From contig OZ024743.1 in assembly GCA_964016885.1 (NCBI GenBank), positions 100,812,001 through 100,876,000 on the forward strand: a DNA stretch of 64,000 nt, in the 5' to 3' direction. This DNA is from Eledone cirrhosa (lineage: Eukaryota). Shown piece after piece: positions 57,696 through 64,000 of the stretch. Below the pieces are notes generated by a model. That model was not told where the DNA came from and made no database searches. It saw only the letters and a list, made by a program, of their open reading frames with translations. Position numbers and translations under genes: made by a program. Position 1 is the first letter of the stretch; each line of letters begins with the position of its first letter.

Positions 57696-60120
57696 GTAAA
57701 TGGTATAACTGAAGTAACCAAGGTAAACTTCGATACTGACCCTAAAATTAGACTTATATGCCCCTCTAAATCTGATATAGGCAACATTAGCAAATATATA
57801 CTAGACAGAATTATCCCCCAAGTTAAGGCTAAAGTAGAAATTAAACTATGGGGTAACACTCATGAAGCAATAAGATGGTTTAATAACATTACTGATAAGA
57901 AAAAATTAAAATTTATTCAGTTTGATATTGATGAATATTATTCCTCAATTTCACCTGATACTCTACATGAAGCTCTTTCGTTCGCTAAGGCTAATTCCGA
58001 CCTTACGGATGCTGAAATTAAAATTATTATGGAAGCGAGGAAAACTATTGTTAAATTTGATGATAGCTACTGGGTTCGCAAAGATAGACCTTCTAATTTT
58101 GATATTACTATGGGTTCCAATGATTCGGCGGAAGTAACAGATATTGTGGGAATTTATATCACCCACAGACTACAAGGAAAATTCAAGGATCTCCACGGCG
58201 GAATTTACCGTGACGATGCGCTCCTATTAGTTAAGCATATGAATAACCAGAATTTAGAAAGGATGCGTAAACATATCAGAAAGCTTTTTAAGGAACTAGG
58301 ATTAAATATTACATTTGAATATAACCTCAAAGAGGTCAATTTCCTTGATGTTACTTTGAATCTCAATACAGAAACGATTAAACCGTTCCATAAACTAAAT
58401 GAGAACCTTAAATATGTAAATACGAGTTCTAACCATCCACTCTCTATAAATCCATCCCTAGAAATGTTTCTCTTAGAATCTCCCGCCTGTCGTCCAACCA
58501 ACAAACCTTCAAAGAACATGCCGAATATTATGATGATGCACTTAGGAAGGCCGGACACCTAGATAATATAGAGTATATAGTCGAAGATCACCAAAACACC
58601 CAAAATAAATCCCATAGGGGTAGAAATAGCACAGAATCACCACCATACACACACTACCGCAATAGACACAATAATAGTCGCACACCACCAAACAGAAGGC
58701 GATGTAAAGAGTATATATGGTACAACCCGGTCTATAACAACTCTATTAAAACCAATCTACCCTCACAATTCTTTCGATTAGTTAAAAAACACTTTCCAAC
58801 ATCACATAAATATAATAAAATCTTAAACCCTAACACTATTCGACTTTCATATTCAACCGCCCCTAATATTGAACAACATATAAAAAAGCTTAACGCAAAA
58901 CGGTTGTATAAACGCCTTCCAATACACGTAAAACATTAGCTATAACATCACAAAACAACAAACAACATCCCGTCCTACCTAAGCAACCTCATCAACCCAT
59001 CCATGCCAATACAACAACGCAAAATTATAACTGTAACTGTGTCCAACCAGGAATGTGTCCGTTGAACAATCAGTGTCTTGAACGCAACATAATATACAAA
59101 TGTACTATCGAATCGGATAGACAGAAGTGGTACTATGTGGCAGCTGCGTGAAAATAGCCAACAATTTAACCTAAAATGGGATATAATAGTGGCTGCCCCG
59201 CCATATCCCACGGAGAGGAATTTTGTAAATTATGTAATATGGAATTATTTTGTATTATGAAATCAAAAAACATTTTATTAAATAACAGAATAGAGCGATC
59301 GTTATACTGTAACCATCGCTTAAAATCTACATTTTCATATTACAAATACTACCAGGATTGAACGCCGGTCTCCATCTCCGTTTGATTGTCAAAATACATA
59401 TTAACATCCTCTATTAGTCTTAATTCTATCAACTCTTCTATTATTTACCATTTAATATAAACTGCTATAGATAAAATGAGATTTCTTAATTCAATTCCCT
59501 AATGCATATACCAGCTGGCTACTAGCATTGATGTTATTCAGTAGCAGTCGAAATCTCCCCCTTCCTTAATTGACACTTTATAAATTAATACTACTACACC
59601 AAATGACCAGCCCTGTCCATTGTTCAATTGGTCAAGTATAGATTAAAATAGGCACTCCCCAAAATTCTTATTTAGATAAAATAAACCATTTACTCATTGT
59701 ATTCTCATTAGAAACCCTTTATATACTTGTTTAGCAGTAAATTGGATTACCATCTGTCATATACTATCCCCTCTCTTCTTCCTCTATTACAACTAATATA
59801 AATACTTCAATTTTTCTGATTTTTTCCAATTTATCCAAAATCTCTGAAGAAGTGACAACTGATTATACATTTGCTATCGAATACTTGCTAACATTATATG
59901 ATTACGCAAGCAGCGATACATAGGTATTCCGTCTGTTACAGAAACATATGTCAATACCTAATAAATTCCCTTTTTTTTAAAAAAAGCACTTTCATTTTAT
60001 ATTCATCTTTTCTACATTTTCTCCGGAATATAATTTATACTCGTTGAGCAAACCTGCACGTACGCTGTTCATTTCTAACGTAACGATATATTATCACTAC
60101 ATTATTGATAACCTGAAATT
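57696..60120 (+). mobile_element. Second Naiad-type PLE (5'-truncated, frameshifted, GIY-YIG partly deleted) with 3' UTR
   Basis: IRLICPSKSDIG, FIQFDIDEYYSSI, FDITMGSNDSAEVTD, GIYRDD, FLDVTLNL; NCNCVQPGMCPLNNQCL; CKLCNME..CNHR to 59361. Confidence 0.88.
59841..59956 (+). ncRNA. Hammerhead-like motif with ~90-nt stem II in the Naiad pLTR
   Basis: CTGAAGA-agtgaca...tgttaca-GAAA-catatg-TC; stem I is not evident. Confidence 0.5.
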
Positions 60121-60146
60121 TTTAATTTAAAGGAGATCGAGTGACG

Positions 60147-60259
<113 letters not shown>

Positions 60260-60310
60260 AAGAATGAATTGTAACATGGTTGGCTGTACAACAATGGGCT
60301 TTATTTCAGG

Positions 60311-60419
60311 TATTAACAATTGTTTCATTGATCAAGTGAGTCTAGAGGCCGCTAATCGCTCGAAGTTGCGTCACTCGATCTCCTTTAAATTATTTACCTC
60401 TGATCAAATCCTCGGAATA
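60311..60419 (-). ncRNA. Hammerhead motif (CCGAGGA core) with extended stem II
   Basis: Reverse complement: tatt-CCGAGGA-t ttgatca...tgatcaa t-GAAA-caattg-TT-aata. Confidence 0.6.
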
Positions 60420-60479
60420 TATATATTATACAATTGGGGAAAGTTGGTTGATCAAATAATCTACCGACCTTAGTTGTAA

Positions 60480-61020
60480 ACAGATGTAAAGCATTCTACG
60501 ACTTGTATTCCTTACAGTATTATAGTATTATCAATAAGGTATACAAAAACTGGAACGATTGCACCAACAGAAACTTCGATTAATTATGAGCATCAAATGG
60601 GAGAACTATATCAGCAATGTTGCAGTCCTTGGACGGACTAACGCCAACACCATTGAAGCCATCATCATTAAAGATCGCCTTAGTTGAAGAGGTGACATCG
60701 GTCGTATGAATAGGACCAAACTGTCAGGTCCTATACAGCGGATTCTCCACAGGCAACAGATCACGTAGCTGTCCCATGCAGAGACCACTGGAAAGAGAAG
60801 TAAAAAAGCACCAACATCCTGGAAACAACATGGAGAAGACAGAACAGAATGGCGTCATCGATGCAGAACACTTTGGGGAATATCACAGGAGAACTGAGGA
60901 GGGTAAAAGGTTGCGACGAAAGATTCGCCAACTCCAACAAAGGCCTCTACCGACCATTAGCTGTGACCTGCGTGGACAACTTTTCTCAGTAAAAATCGGA
61001 CATACTCGCCACAAGAGTCA
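60480..61020 (+). mobile_element. Degraded RTE/BovB-like LINE 3' fragment
   Basis: ISNVAVLGRTNANTIEAIIIKDRLS*RGDIGRM resembles the RTE post-RT domain; terminal CDLRGQLF..KIG..H..SH knuckle-like remnant. Confidence 0.55.
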
Positions 61021-61484
61021 CACACACACACACACACACATTACATAATATCTTGCATACATCATTGTATATAACAATTCACATAATTCGAAAAGAAATA
61101 TTATGTATTATGTATTATGTAAATTAATACCGACTCAAACTTTAAATAATTACTTTATTATATGTGTTTGTCGATTGATCAAAACAGGGCTGAATAAACA
61201 TTTGAAATACGATGTACAATAAGAGGAAAACCTTCCGGTGTCTCATCGCCTGCAGACGAATACCAGATTTAACCCTAACATGGAAAATAATTATGTGAAA
61301 TTAATCCTAATTTCTTGAAATTATCTGCAGTTTTCTTTGAAACTCGCTAACAATTACCTCAAGCGATTTCTTCGTTTCCCCAACTTCGTGGGAAATTTGA
61401 ATTAATGGCGAATATTTTCCGTTCGGCATTCAGTAGATCATTACACACGAATTTATTCATCTAAATTCATTCCACCGGCATATC

Positions 61485-61529
<45 letters not shown>

Positions 61530-61988
61530 TTTATTTATAAACAGGTGAAACTCCAGATTAACAAGGCTCACTATTTATCCTTAATAAATGAATATATATG
61601 TGCGTGTGTGTGTGTGTGTGTATGTGTGTGTGTGTGAGTGTGCGCGCGTGCGCGCGCGTTAATAGCACAGATTAAAAGTTTAAGCAAACAATTTCTGCTT
61701 TCACCCTTATTACGGTATTTTCTGAAATAGATATGTTTGCCAATATTGCCAATAAAAAGACACGCACTATTTGATTTTCACTTCAGCTTTATTCTTCAGT
61801 TCAGTTTATCTAAGGTTTTCCTAAATCGATACACTAGTTCGCCTCCAGAGGTAACATGACACTCTGTTATATCATGAGTTGGCCTTACCTTCCTCTTAGG
61901 CCTTTTCATACTATTCCATGATTTGCCATGGGTTTAACATAATGCGAAGGAGGATTTGGGCTTTGTCATTGTTAGTTTCCAGCCAGTT

Positions 61989-64000
61989 TCTAACACAGGT
62001 AGTCTGCTGTTGGGTAGTCTATCGTCTAACACAGGTAATCTAAGGTCTAACACAGGTAGTCTATCTTCTAACACAGGTAGTCTATCGTCTAACACAGGTA
62101 GTCTATCATCTAACACAGGTAGTCTATCGTCTAACACAGGTAGTCTAAGGTCTAACACAGGTAGTCTATCGTCTAACACAGGTAGTCTATCGTCTAACAC
62201 AGGTAGTCTATCGTCTAACACAGGTAGTCTATCGTCTGACACAGGTAGTCTATCGTCTAACACAGATAGTCTATCGTATAACACAGGTAATCTAAGGTCT
62301 AACACAGGTAGTCTATCTTCTAACACAGGTAGTCTATCGTCTAACACAGGTAGTCTATCGTCTAACACAGGTAGTCTATCGTCTAACACAGGTAGTCTAT
62401 CGTCTAACACAGGTAGTCTATCGTCTAACACAGGTAGTCTATCGTCTAACAGAGGTAGTCTATCGTATAACACAGGTAGTCTAAGGTCTAACACAGGTAG
62501 TCTATCGTCTAACACAGGTAATCTAAGGTCTAACACAGATAGTCTATCGTATAACACAGGTAATCTAAGGTCTAACACAGGTAGTCTATCGTCTAACACA
62601 GGTAGTCTATCGTCTAACACAGGTAGTCTATCGTCTAACACAGGTAGTCTATCGTCTAACACAGGTAGTCTATCATCTAACACAGGTAGTCTATCGTCTA
62701 ACACAGGTAGTCTATCGTCTAACACAGGTAGTCTATCGTCTAACACAGGTAGTCTATCGTCTAACACAGGTAGTCTAAGGTCTAACACAGGTAGTCTATC
62801 GTCTAACACAGGTTGTCTATCGTCTAACACAGGTAGTCTATCGTCTAACACAGTTAGTCTAAGGTCTAACACAGGTAGTCTATCGTCTAACACAGGTAGT
62901 CTAAGGTCTAACACAGGTAGTCTATCGTCTAACACAGGTAGTCTATCGTCTAACACAGGTAGTCTATCATCTAACACAGGTAGTCTATCGTCTAACACAG
63001 GTAGTCTATCATCTAACACAGGTAGTCTATCGTCTAACACAGGTAGTCTATCGTCTAACACAGGTAGTCTATCGTCTAACACAGGTAGTCTATCGTCTAA
63101 CACAGGTAGTCTATCGTCTAACACAGGTAGTCTAAGGTCTAACACAGGTAGTCTATCGTCTAACACAGGTAGTCTATCGTCTAACACAGGTAGTCTATCG
63201 TCTAACACAGGTAGTCTATCATCTAACACAGGTAGTCTATCGTCTAACACAGGTAGTCTATCATCTAACACAGGTAGTCTATTGTCTAACACAGGTAGTC
63301 TATCATCTAACACAGGTAGTCTATCGTCTAACACAGGTAGTCTATCGTCTAACACAGGTAGTCTAAGGTCTAACACAGGTAGTCTATCGTCTAACACAGG
63401 TAGTCTATCGTCTAACACAGGTAGTCTATCGTCTAACACAGGTAGTCTATCGTCTAACACAGGTAGTCTATCGTCTAACACAGGTAGTCTAAGGTCTAAC
63501 ACAGGTAGTCTATCGTCTAACACAGGTAGTCTATCGTCTAACACAGGTAGTCTATGGCCTAACACAGGTAGTCTATCATCTAACACAGGTAGTCTATCGT
63601 CTAACACAGGTAGTCTATCATTTAACACAGGTAGTCTATCGTCTAACACAGGTAGTCTATCGTCTAACACAGGTAGTCTAACACAGGTAGTCTATCGTCT
63701 AACACAGGTAGTCTATCATCTAACACAGGTAGTCTATCGTCTAACACAGGTAGTCTATCGTCTAACACAGGTAGTCTATCATCTAACACAGGTAGTCTAT
63801 CGTCTAACACAGGTAGTCTATCATCTAACACAGGTAGTCTATCGTCTAACACAGGTAGTCTAACACAGGTAGTCTATCGTCTAACACAGGTAGTCTATCA
63901 TCTAACACAGGTAGTCTATCGTCTAACACAGGTAGTCTATCGTCTAACACAGGTAGTCTATCATCTAACACAGGTAGTCTATCGTCTAACACAGGTAGTC
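61989..64000. repeat. 21-bp satellite (tctaacacaggtagtctatcg), running past the window end
   Basis: About 95 copies with recurring variants; the 578-aa and 635-aa ORFs are artefacts. Confidence 0.97.

Noticed and set aside
61934-63863. 578-aa and 635-aa repeat proteins
   Set aside because: 21-bp satellite with no unique domain

Overview
AT-rich, microsatellite-dense eukaryotic intergenic or intronic DNA. The SINE and repeat repertoire suggests a coleoid cephalopod (octopus-like); this is an inference. No host protein-coding exon could be supported, and most long ORFs in the track are translations of micro- or minisatellites. The window is almost entirely mobile DNA. It holds three Penelope-like retroelements (PLEs) with RT plus GIY-YIG ORFs (two Naiad-type, one Penelope/Poseidon-type), a ~12 kb cluster of R4/Dong-type RLE LINEs nested in (TACA)n, CRE-like and RTE LINE fragments, Helitron remnants, several MITEs, many tRNA-derived SINEs and minisatellites. 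The most striking signal, read by eye, is about 20 type-I hammerhead ribozyme (HHR) motifs (intact, variant-core or half), nearly all in short non-coding units next to (TA)n. These include (i) near-perfect fold-back palindromes with an HHR on both strands or folded inside HHR stem II, and (ii) a 754-bp tandem HHR unit with an inverted copy, resembling a retrozyme or circular-RNA-forming element. Ribozyme folds were not computed and none is shown to be active.
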